DNA of 64,000 nucleotides from Caldisericaceae bacterium. Lineage in GTDB: Bacteria; Caldisericota; Caldisericia; Caldisericales; Caldisericaceae. The stretch lies in NCBI GenBank assembly GCA_049967855.1, contig JBMFRX010000003.1, positions 35,259-99,258 on the forward strand, in the 5' to 3' direction. Below, piece by piece: positions 1 to 7,608 of the stretch; the stretch's first letter is position 1, and every line of letters starts with the position of its first letter. The notes below the pieces were generated by a model. That model had not been told where the DNA came from. It saw nothing but the letters and a program-made list of their open reading frames with translations, and searched no databases. Both the position numbers and the translations under genes were made by a program.

Positions 1-1152
1 TGGTGGATTGTATATTCTCATTATAAGCTCAATGAGAGTTGATTTGCCGCTTCCAGGGGGACCTGTTATGCCAAGAATTTCTTCTGGGAAAAGCGACATA
101 GATATTGACGCCAAAGCTTTGTTGGTATCAGAGCCATATGAAAATGTAAGGTTTCTTATCTCGAGCTGAGTTTTGAGCTCTGCTTTCCTGGGCAGTTTAT
201 CATCAACTTTGACTGTACTAACCTGAAGCATTTCATTTATTCTATCAAGAGACGCATGTGCCCGCTGATAAAGTGCCACCGAAAAGCCAATTGCCATTAT
301 GGGCCAGGATAATGTCTGAATGTATTGAAAAAAAGCAACTACAGTTCCTATATCCACTGTATTTCTTATAACAAAAATTCCTCCAAACAAGATAAGCAAA
401 AATAAGGAAATATTCGTGAACAGAGTGATTGTAGGGTCAAGGAAACCATCAAGCTTGACAAGCTTCATATTTTGCCGAACGTAATCCTCGTTCACAGATG
501 AAAATATCTTGAGATAATAATCTTCTCGAGTAAAAGCTTTTATAACTCTTATGCCATTTATCACTTCTCTGATTCTTACGGTCATATCTGCAAAGATGAT
601 TTGCACTTTCTTATAGAATTTATGAATCTTTGTACCAAAGTTAAGAGTAAGAGGGATAAGAAAAAATAGAGGAACAACAACTATCAAAGTTAGTTTCTTG
701 TTCATTAGAAACATCGATACAAAAGTAGTTGCTCCAAGGAAAAAAACATCCAGCAAGCCAAGAAAACCCATCGTGAGAAACATCCTGACCGAGGTAGTGT
801 CACTTGTAACACGCGACATCAGGTCACCTATCTCTCTCTCTTCAAAGTCCTTCTTGGTAAACGTAATATATTTATAGTAGAGCTTGGTTTTTATGTCAAA
901 GTCGAGCCCAAGCACAAGGCGCCTCATCATAAAATTGTAGCCCACTCTTATTACAATGATCGCCAATGAAACTCCCATTATGTATAAGCTGTTTGCGATG
1001 AGTAAGTGACTCTGGCTTTTTGTAATTGCATCGACTGCTCGCTTTGTAAAAAGAGGAATGACGACTTGGAGCAAATCGACAATCAAAAGTAGGAATATGA
1101 TAAAAGAGTATTCCTTGGCTCTTTTCTTAAAAAAATCAAATAGAATTTTCAT
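1..1152 (-). CDS. ABC exporter, fused permease/ATP-binding protein (MdlA/MsbA-like); runs off the window start
   Basis: Hand translation from ATG at 1152: MKILFDFFKKRAKEYSFIIFLLLIVDLLQVVIPLFTKRAVDAIT, hydrophobic TM region, then Walker A GITGPPGSGKST near position 60; 1152 nt is a whole number of codons. Not in the ORF track because there is no stop in the window. Confidence 0.9.
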   Translation of the reverse strand, partial: MKILFDFFKKRAKEYSFIIFLLLIVDLLQVVIPLFTKRAVDAITKSQSHLLIANSLYIMGVSLAIIVIRVGYNFMMRRLVLGLDFDIKTKLYYKYITFTKKDFEEREIGDLMSRVTSDTTSVRMFLTMGFLGLLDVFFLGATTFVSMFLMNKKLTLIVVVPLFFLIPLTLNFGTKIHKFYKKVQIIFADMTVRIREVINGIRVIKAFTREDYYLKIFSSVNEDYVRQNMKLVKLDGFLDPTITLFTNISLFLLILFGGIFVIRNTVDIGTVVAFFQYIQTLSWPIMAIGFSVALYQRAHASLDRINEMLQVSTVKVDDKLPRKAELKTQLEIRNLTFSYGSDTNKALASISMSLFPEEILGITGPPGSGKSTLIELIMRIYNPP

Positions 1153-1200
1153 CTTTTCAATACATTATAGTACTTTAGCAGTTTTACCCAAAATAAATTT

Positions 1201-1227
1201 TTAGAGCCCCCTGTGAGGAGGCTCTAA
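1201..1227 (-). terminator. Hairpin downstream of hsp20, probable intrinsic terminator
   Basis: TTAGAGCC...GGCTCTAA inverted repeat a few nt past the hsp20 stop; the minus-strand U tract is imperfect (AAATTTATTTT). Confidence 0.55.
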
Positions 1228-1232
1228 TCTTT

Positions 1233-1700
1233 TTACAGAGAAATTTCTTTTGACTTTTTGGCTGTTTCAGCCTTTGGTACTGTAATTTCAAGCACACCAT
1301 TTTCGAATTTTGCCTGAGCTTTGTCAGGCTCAACCTTCGCAGGCAGTGGAAGAACTCTTGAGAAAGACCCGTAATACCTCTCTTCAAGGACATAGCTCTC
1401 GGTATTCTCCTTCTTTTCCTTCTTCATTTCGCCAGAAACACTCACAGTGTCCTCTGTAACTTTTATCTTAACGTCTTTTTTGTCAACACCTGGTAGGTTG
1501 ATTTTCACAACGACATCATTGTCGTGCTCTACAATATCAGCATCTGGCCTCATAAGCAAGACAGAAGGAGAAAGTTCCTTAAGAGAGCTTCTTCCAGGAA
1601 GAGCTCTACCTGCTCTTGTTCCTCCCCAGAACTTTGCAAAAATCTCGTCGAGTTCTTCTTCAAGCCTGCGTACTTCATCAAACGGATCCCAATTTGCCAT
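1233..1700 (-). CDS. Hsp20/alpha-crystallin small heat shock protein
   Basis: WDPFDE N-terminus, LPGVDKKDVKI, ERYYGSFSRVLPLP, AKFENGVLEITVPK. Start moved to ATG 1700 (SD GGAGGTG upstream). Confidence 0.93.
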   Translation of the reverse strand: MANWDPFDEVRRLEEELDEIFAKFWGGTRAGRALPGRSSLKELSPSVLLMRPDADIVEHDNDVVVKINLPGVDKKDVKIKVTEDTVSVSGEMKKEKKENTESYVLEERYYGSFSRVLPLPAKVEPDKAQAKFENGVLEITVPKAETAKKSKEISL

Positions 1701-1809
1701 ATCTATCACCTCCAGCAATTATTATAATAAAATCTCAAAAAATTTCAAGTATTTTCCAAAAAAACACAACTTTGAAGAAACAATGAGATTCTCTGATTAT
1801 TTAAAGTCT

Positions 1810-2574
1810 CTAACTGGAATCTCCGCAAACAGAACAATGAGGGTTTCTCTCTATGTTAATTATAGAAAACTCGTCGTTAAGCAAATCGTAAATAAGGAGT
1901 TTGTCAAAAAGATTCGAGCCAATTCCAAGAGTAAACTTGATAAATTCAGAGGCAACAATTGTGCCAATAGTGCCAACAAGAGTCCCGATGATACCCTCTG
2001 AAAGGTTTTTCTCTGTCATAAGATTTACGATTTCTTTTTCCTTTTCTGGGAAAATACAATTAAAGCATGCGCTCTTGTGTGGCATTACGTCGGTAACCTG
2101 CCCAGAAAAACGCCCGACTGCACCAATAAATAAAGGCTTGTTCAGAGCAACACATACCTTATTTACAAGATATCTTGTTTCAAAATTGTCCGTTGCATCT
2201 ATCACCGCATCATACTTAATGAAAATGTTCTCTGCAACTTCAAGGTCACTTAACCACAAAGGATACGCCTCGTACGACAAGTTTGGATTAAGCTTTTTCA
2301 GTTTTTCAGTCGCAACCTGTGTTTTCTTTTTCCCAACATCATATGAATCATATAGTACTTGTCTGTTGAGATTGCTAATCGAAACCTCGTCTCCGTCAAT
2401 AAAACCAATTCTTCCCACACCTGCGGCAGCCAGATACATCAGGATTGGGCTCCCGAGGCCGCCTGCCCCAACTACGACTACAGAGGCACTCTTCAACTTG
2501 AGCTGCCCATCTTTTCCTATTTTGTCTATCCTGATTTGCCTGTTGTATCTGCCGAGCTCTTCTTTAGAAAGCAT
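1810..2574 (-). CDS. moeB: HesA/MoeB/ThiF family sulfur-carrier adenylyltransferase
   Basis: RYNRQI, GAGGLG, SNLNRQ, DATDNFETRY, two Zn CxxC motifs (CFNC, CSVC). moeB versus thiF cannot be settled from sequence alone. Confidence 0.85.
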   Translation of the reverse strand: MLSKEELGRYNRQIRIDKIGKDGQLKLKSASVVVVGAGGLGSPILMYLAAAGVGRIGFIDGDEVSISNLNRQVLYDSYDVGKKKTQVATEKLKKLNPNLSYEAYPLWLSDLEVAENIFIKYDAVIDATDNFETRYLVNKVCVALNKPLFIGAVGRFSGQVTDVMPHKSACFNCIFPEKEKEIVNLMTEKNLSEGIIGTLVGTIGTIVASEFIKFTLGIGSNLFDKLLIYDLLNDEFSIINIERNPHCSVCGDSS

Positions 2575-2575
2575 T

Positions 2576-2641
2576 TTAACATCCTGAGTTCTCTGGTCGT
2601 TTTCTTAAAAAGTCTCCGTACAACTTCACTTTAACCCTCAT
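2576..2641 (-). pseudogene. 21-aa mini-ORF MRVKVKLYGDFLRKRPENSGC, probable internally deleted MoaD/ThiS sulfur carrier
   Basis: SD-like AAGGGTGA upstream; N-terminus matches the first beta-strand of MoaD (MKVKVKLF/YxxL); ends TCA GGA TGT TAA (SGC*, one base from SGG*); 1 nt before the moeB ATG. Confidence 0.6.
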
Positions 2642-2688
2642 TTCAGGCTTCACCCTTGTCTATTTTATAGAAACATAAAAAAATTCTG

Positions 2689-2994
2689 TTAGGTATAACC
2701 AAGCTCCTTTTTTGCTTCCTCGCTCATCATATCAGGAGACCATGGCGGGTCATAGGTTAATTCTATTTTCACATCCTTTACGCCATCAACAGACTTTAAG
2801 ACAACTTCCGCATCACTCAGTATATAATTGCCCATCGGGCAACCAGGGGCAGTTAAAGTCATAAGAACATTAACAGTGCCACTCTCTTCGTCAATATCCA
2901 GTTTGTAAATCAACCCAAGGTCAACGATGTTCACGGGTATCTCGGGGTCGTAAACATTTTTTAGTGCACTAAGCACTTCTTCTTTGCTAACCAT
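2689..2994 (-). CDS. SufT/PaaD-like DUF59 (MIP18) Fe-S cluster assembly factor
   Basis: VYDPEIPVNIVDLGLIY, MTLTAPGCPM, DPPWSPDMMSEEAK motifs; SD AGGAGG. Confidence 0.92.
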   Translation of the reverse strand: MVSKEEVLSALKNVYDPEIPVNIVDLGLIYKLDIDEESGTVNVLMTLTAPGCPMGNYILSDAEVVLKSVDGVKDVKIELTYDPPWSPDMMSEEAKKELGYT

Positions 2995-3002
2995 TTTTCC
3001 TC

Positions 3003-3160
3003 CTATTCTTCAGAATAAATTCTCTTTTCTCCTTCAATTTTTTTCATTTCGGTAATATCTTGAGTAAACTCAAGCGTTCCAATGTACGCACCGCCTTATC
3101 CCTTGCACCAAGAATCAATGCATTCTTTCCTGCAGCTTTACCATTCAAATATTCTCTCAT
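3003..3160 (-). pseudogene. Remnant of a DUF438/PAS_10-type gene (internal deletion plus frameshift)
   Basis: ATG 3160 with SD GAGGT gives MREYLNGKAAGKNALILGARDK; after a one-base shift the frame reads GAYIGTLEFTQDITEMKKIEGEKRIYSEE*, matching the recalled C-terminus of DUF438 proteins (VRDxxGxYLGTLEVTQDITxIKKLEGEKRL). Span of 158 nt is not a multiple of 3. Confidence 0.7.
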
Positions 3161-3174
3161 ATATACCTCAACTT

Positions 3175-3204
3175 AATTATAACTGAACAAGTTATAATTG
3201 TCAA
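3175..3204 (-). promoter_or_regulatory. Perfect sigma70 promoter TTGACA-N17-TATAAT with overlapping 10-5-10 palindromic operator
   Basis: -35 at 3199-3204, -10 at 3176-3181; AATTATAACT-GAACA-AGTTATAATT at 3175-3199. Confidence 0.8.
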
Positions 3205-3306
3205 ATGCTTTTATGCTACACACCTTAATCTATTCCAGACATTCCTTGCCTACAAAATACAAGCTTCCAAACATATTATAAAGAAACAAATCTTAATCTT
3301 AAAAGC

Positions 3307-4332
3307 TCATTTAGATATTATCATCTCCGCCCATTGCTTAATCCATTCTTCGCTTTTCACCTGAATTTCGGTAGGAGGTATGCTTATGAATTTTTCTGCT
3401 TTTGCACCATACTGAAAGCATTCGGGAAGCTGAATACTCTTATCTATTGGATAAGTCCACTGGTGCAGTGGAATTTCCTTCTGAAAATCGGGGCTCAGCA
3501 TAAAATCAATGTATTTCTTTGCAAGTGATTCATTCTTTGTTCCTTTTACTATTCCTGCAAATTCAAGCTGCAGCCAACCACCTTCGCTTGGAATAATTGA
3601 TTTGTAACGAGTCGATTTGTCCGCATAGTAAAAATAAGCAGGGTCCATATCATAACTAATCATCATTGGCGCCTCACCATTTTCAAGAGCCTGAAAGGCA
3701 GGGTCCCATTCAGGATAAACCTGAAAAATAGTTCCCTTTATGCTTTTCCAGTAGTCCAGGTAATTGCTCTCCCCAAACGCTGCAACAGTCCAGAGCAAAA
3801 AACCCAGTCCAGGCGAAGAAGTCCTTGGGTCTTCTATTATCAATTTTCCCTTGTACTCCTCCTTTGATAAATCTTTAAGACTCTTCGGAGGGTTAGTGAT
3901 TTTACTTGAATCATAAAGAATTGCTATTGAATTTGGACCGTCAAATGGAATCAACTTCCAGGAACTGTCAAGTCGGTATTCCTGAGGAATCACTGAAAAG
4001 TCGGCTGGTTTGTATGATAAAAACAAGTCCTTATCAAGAGCTTTTTGAAACTCGTTCATATTGAGCCCAACAAAAACGTCCGCCTGAGGATTTGCTTGCT
4101 CGAGTATGAGCCTGTTAAGGGTTGCGTCTACTCCACCAAACGACTTATATTCGATTTTGCAATTGTTTTTCTCCTCGAAAATTTTGTTCGTCGCATCTGG
4201 CAAACCATAAGATATGAAGCTGTCGTAGGTATAAATAGTGAGTGTTTGAGGCTGTTTGGGTGCTGTTTTGCAGCCAACAAAAACCGCTGCAAGCAACACA
4301 AAAATAATTGCTGACACAAAGATTTTTTTCAT
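3307..4332 (-). CDS. thiB: Thiamine ABC transporter substrate-binding lipoprotein
   Basis: Lipobox FVGC, LTIYTYDSF, DPRTSSPGLGFLLWT, EFAGIVKGT; last gene of the TPP-riboswitch operon. Confidence 0.9.
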   Translation of the reverse strand: MKKIFVSAIIFVLLAAVFVGCKTAPKQPQTLTIYTYDSFISYGLPDATNKIFEEKNNCKIEYKSFGGVDATLNRLILEQANPQADVFVGLNMNEFQKALDKDLFLSYKPADFSVIPQEYRLDSSWKLIPFDGPNSIAILYDSSKITNPPKSLKDLSKEEYKGKLIIEDPRTSSPGLGFLLWTVAAFGESNYLDYWKSIKGTIFQVYPEWDPAFQALENGEAPMMISYDMDPAYFYYADKSTRYKSIIPSEGGWLQLEFAGIVKGTKNESLAKKYIDFMLSPDFQKEIPLHQWTYPIDKSIQLPECFQYGAKAEKFISIPPTEIQVKSEEWIKQWAEMIISK

Positions 4333-4622
4333 TTCTTCTCCTTCCTAAATTTCTTCACTTTCTCTTCAATCGTGATACCACCTAATTTATCATCGATTTT
4401 TATTATTGTATAGACTCTTCCTGAACCTTCGTCTCTTGCAACAGAGTGAGCTTTCTTAACAACTTCAAAAACCCTTTCAAGGTCACCTTCAATAGTCGTG
4501 CCGTTGGCACCTACCTCATAATTAAGTCCTGACTCCTCCACAACCTTAATTGCCCTGTCAACAATCTCATTTACGAGAGACTCCTTGACAATGGGAATCA
4601 CTGTAAACTCTACAATTGCCAT
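4329..4622 (-). CDS. Thiamine-binding protein, MTH1187/YkoF-like
   Basis: MAIVEFTVIP, SGLNYEVGANGTTIEGD, RVYTIIKIDD, IEEKV; start ATG 4622 with SD AAGGAGG. Confidence 0.88.
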   Translation of the reverse strand: MAIVEFTVIPIVKESLVNEIVDRAIKVVEESGLNYEVGANGTTIEGDLERVFEVVKKAHSVARDEGSGRVYTIIKIDDKLGGITIEEKVKKFRKEKK

Positions 4623-4640
4623 CTTTTGCCTCCTTGACAA

Positions 4641-5576
4641 TTACGACTTCTTTCTTATATTAAAATAAACTACCTGTCCAGGTTTGAGTTCTTCGACATT
4701 TCTGTACAGCTCTTGCACAGTTACCTTTCCAAAAGCTGTTTCCATTATTATTTCTGCGGTACCACCAAGAAAAGCAATCTCATCTATTCTTCCGCTATAT
4801 TCTCCTTCTCTTGTTATCACCAAATCTTCAGGCCTCACGAAGATATTTTCTCCATCAATCCTGAGCAAGTTTCCTTTGCCTATAAAAGTTTTGGCAAAAG
4901 GTGTATCAGGATTTGAATACAACTCATAAGGGGTACCTATCTGCTCTATTTTACCGCTGTTAAAGAGGATAATCCTGTCTGAAAGGTACATTGCTTCTCT
5001 CTGGTCGTGAGTCACATATATGATGGTCAGCCCATAGTTCTCTTTTATTGATTTTACCTCTTGAATGAGTTTCTCGCGAATCTTCGCATCAAGTGAAGAC
5101 ATCGGCTCGTCCATAAGCAAGATGTCAGGTTTAACCACAAGTGCTCTTGCAATAGCTGCTCTTTGAGCTTCTCCTCCTGAAATTTTGTCAGGTGATTTAT
5201 GTAATACGTGGCTTATTTCGAGTTTCTCTGCCATATCTTCCACAAGCTCTCTTACCTTGCCCTCTTCGATGTGTTTTACCCTTAAGCCAAAAGCAATGTT
5301 TGAGAAGACATCAAGAAACGGAAAAAGCGCATAATCTTGAAAAACAATACCGATGTTTCTTTTCTCTGGTGGAAAATTAGAAATCTCAACTCCATCTTTC
5401 ACAATCATGCCTTTATCCTCACGAATGAAGCCTGCTATAATGTGCAGAATTGTCGTCTTTCCAGAACCAGATGGGCCTAAAATAGAAACCAGTTCTCCAT
5501 CTTTTACAGAGAAGTCGACCTTAAGATGAAAATCGCCATAGTCCTTTACAATGTCAACAAGTTCAAGTTTATTCAT
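4641..5576 (-). CDS. thiQ: Thiamine ABC transporter ATP-binding subunit (PotA/ThiQ-like)
   Basis: Walker A GPSGSGKT, Q-loop VFQDYALFP, signature ISGGEAQR, Walker B LLMDEP, H-loop VTHD; operon context. Confidence 0.82.
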   Translation of the reverse strand: MNKLELVDIVKDYGDFHLKVDFSVKDGELVSILGPSGSGKTTILHIIAGFIREDKGMIVKDGVEISNFPPEKRNIGIVFQDYALFPFLDVFSNIAFGLRVKHIEEGKVRELVEDMAEKLEISHVLHKSPDKISGGEAQRAAIARALVVKPDILLMDEPMSSLDAKIREKLIQEVKSIKENYGLTIIYVTHDQREAMYLSDRIILFNSGKIEQIGTPYELYSNPDTPFAKTFIGKGNLLRIDGENIFVRPEDLVITREGEYSGRIDEIAFLGGTAEIIMETAFGKVTVQELYRNVEELKPGQVVYFNIRKKS

Positions 5577-7234
5577 AGATAGTCCTTTCTGCTATTCAGA
5601 GAATCTATTAGCAAAAAAGCTAATAAACTCATTATTAGCAGTATTGTGCCGAATGCCTGCGCTGCTCCAAAATGCCTTCCCGACATTAGTCGGTACAATG
5701 CAATAGGTATTGTTGTATTTTCACTCCGGAACAGCATCAACGTTGCGCCAAACTCACCCATCGAAATCGCAAATGCAAAAGTTGCAGCTGAGACCAACGG
5801 CTTTTTTATGAGGTCTATGTCAACCGTGAAAAACGTTTTAAATTTGCTAAGCCCAAGACTCCTTGCAACAAGTGAAAAATCAGTCGAGGTTGATTCTACA
5901 ACTGGCATAATAGACCTCAAGACAAATGGAAACGCAATCAACGTATGGGAAATTGCAATAAATATCCAGTTAAAGGGAGAGCTGTTTATGAAAGGCTGAA
6001 ATGTGACAATGTAAGAGAGAGCTATTGTTAATGGTGATAACACAATTGAAAACATCAAAAATGGCAACACATACTTCTTCAGGTTTGTATGCAATTTAAG
6101 GTAATAAGCAGATGGAATGGCAAGCCCTATAGATAAACAAACCGTAATAAGACCAAAATAAACACTATTCAAAATCACCCTGCCCGACGAAACTCCAGTA
6201 ATATAATTATAAGTTCCTTCAAAAATCTGTTTAAAATTTGAAAGGCTGAGTCCTGGGGAACCACTGGCTACAAAAGAGCTCAACACAATTACAATCATTG
6301 GAGCAACTATCAAGAGAAAAACGAAAATCAAATAGCTGAAGGAAAGAGAAAAAGAGAGTCTGCTCCATTTTTGTTTAGTGTAAGAAAACGTCCTTTTTAC
6401 AATCCCGACGCCCGACAAACCTTCGGCTCGAAGGTAAATCAATACGAAAATCACAAGAATAAGCGCCTGAATAATAGCAAGAACGCTTCCTGTTCTGAAA
6501 TCTGAAAAAGTGTTGTAGTACATATAAATGGCAACTTCCGTAGTGGCAAAACCTGCTCCACCGATAGTCATAATTATTACGAAGCTCAGGAAACAGAAGA
6601 TGAAGACAAGCGAAAAACTTGATAAAACAGAAGGCAAAAGAAGCGGAAGTGTTACCGCAAAAAAAGTTCTTACCTTAGATGCCCCAAGACTTTTGGCAAC
6701 ATAGGAATATTCCTCAGAGATACCATCCCAGGACGAGCCAACAATCCTTAGAGCAATTGGAAAGTTGTAAAAAGAATGAACAAGAATAATTCCAGTAAAA
6801 GAGTAAAGAAGATGTATATCAACGTTTCTTCCAAATATATATGATAAAGCGTTATTTAAGATACCGTTTCTGCCGAATAAGACAATGAACCCCAGTCCAA
6901 CTAGTACGGATGGAAGAACAAACGGCACGGTCGAAAGCGACATTAAGAAGCTCTTGAACCTGAAATTGTAATGAGAAACAATGTACGCCCCAGGCAATCC
7001 TATAAGCACCGTAACAAATGCGCTTACAAAAGCTTCTTTAAAGGTAAAATAGAGCACGCGAAGAGTATAAGAATCAGTAACGATGCTAAGAAACGAAGAA
7101 AAATTAAAGCGACCCCCTGTGCTAAAAGCAACTTTTACAAGAGTAAGAATCGGAAAAAAAAGAAAAAAACAAATGAACAACACTGGCACAAAAATCAGAG
7201 CAAAGCCGTCAAAAAATTTCTTTATCTTATCCAA
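5573..7234 (-). CDS. thiP: Thiamine ABC transporter permease, duplicated domain (ThiP/FbpB-like)
   Basis: 553 aa multi-TM with two EAA-type loops (AKSLGAS, ARSLGLS), VPFVLPS, SMGEFGAT; TTG start directly after the TPP riboswitch. Confidence 0.88.
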   Translation of the reverse strand: MDKIKKFFDGFALIFVPVLFICFFLFFPILTLVKVAFSTGGRFNFSSFLSIVTDSYTLRVLYFTFKEAFVSAFVTVLIGLPGAYIVSHYNFRFKSFLMSLSTVPFVLPSVLVGLGFIVLFGRNGILNNALSYIFGRNVDIHLLYSFTGIILVHSFYNFPIALRIVGSSWDGISEEYSYVAKSLGASKVRTFFAVTLPLLLPSVLSSFSLVFIFCFLSFVIIMTIGGAGFATTEVAIYMYYNTFSDFRTGSVLAIIQALILVIFVLIYLRAEGLSGVGIVKRTFSYTKQKWSRLSFSLSFSYLIFVFLLIVAPMIVIVLSSFVASGSPGLSLSNFKQIFEGTYNYITGVSSGRVILNSVYFGLITVCLSIGLAIPSAYYLKLHTNLKKYVLPFLMFSIVLSPLTIALSYIVTFQPFINSSPFNWIFIAISHTLIAFPFVLRSIMPVVESTSTDFSLVARSLGLSKFKTFFTVDIDLIKKPLVSAATFAFAISMGEFGATLMLFRSENTTIPIALYRLMSGRHFGAAQAFGTILLIMSLLAFLLIDSLNSRKDYL

Positions 7235-7240
7235 ATTATT

Positions 7241-7335
7241 CCTCCCTTCGGTAGGATTACCTACATCAGGTTCAATGGGTTGAAGTTTCAGACTTCTCTC
7301 AGCCTACTTACGAACAGCTTTCAGCACCCCTGAAC
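7241..7335 (-). ncRNA. TPP riboswitch (THI element)
   Basis: Minus strand AGGGGTGC...GGCTGAGA...ACCCATTGAACCTGATGTAGGTAATCCTACCGAAGGGAGG, directly upstream of a thiamine transporter; extended -10 TGCTATAAT at 7342-7350. Confidence 0.95.
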
Positions 7336-7369
7336 AAACATATTATAGCATAAGCAACAATTTTTAAAA

Positions 7370-7460
7370 TGGCGGAGAGAGTGGGATTTGAACCCACGGC
7401 AGGCGATTAACCCGCACACGCTCTCCAGGCGTGCACCTTAAACCACTCGGTCACCTCTCC
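7370..7460 (-). tRNA. tRNA-Ser(GGA)
   Basis: GGAGAGG acceptor stem, anticodon arm CACGC-CT-GGA-GA-GCGTG, long variable arm, GTTCAAATC T-loop, encoded CCA. Confidence 0.97.
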
Positions 7461-7608
7461 ATCCAGATGAAATGATACCAAAATTCATAAAAAAATCAAC
7501 GGCAAAACGCAAGAACAATTATTAATGAGTCAAGCTCGTTTTGAAAGAGCAAAGCTAAATAGGGTTGGCTCAATTGCTACGTTTACTAATCAGGAAGAAC
7601 TCTGCAAC

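Noticed and set aside
1700..1810. CIRCE heat-shock operator upstream of hsp20
   Set aside because: No TTAGCACTC-N9-GAGTGCTAA; only a TTGAAA...TATAAT promoter.
1810..2641. Microcin C-like RiPP cluster (peptide plus ThiF enzyme plus nearby ABC exporter)
   Set aside because: The enzyme has no N-terminal peptide-binding extension, the peptide does not end in Asn and resembles MoaD, and hsp20 with its terminator separates it from the exporter. Kept only as a minor alternative.
3210..3300. Short minus-strand ORF MFGSLYFVGKECLE after a TATAAT
   Set aside because: 14 codons, no SD, ATG directly abutting the box, no recognisable homology.
7370..7460. tRNA-Ser as an island integration site
   Set aside because: No duplicated tRNA 3' end noticed and no integrase in the window.
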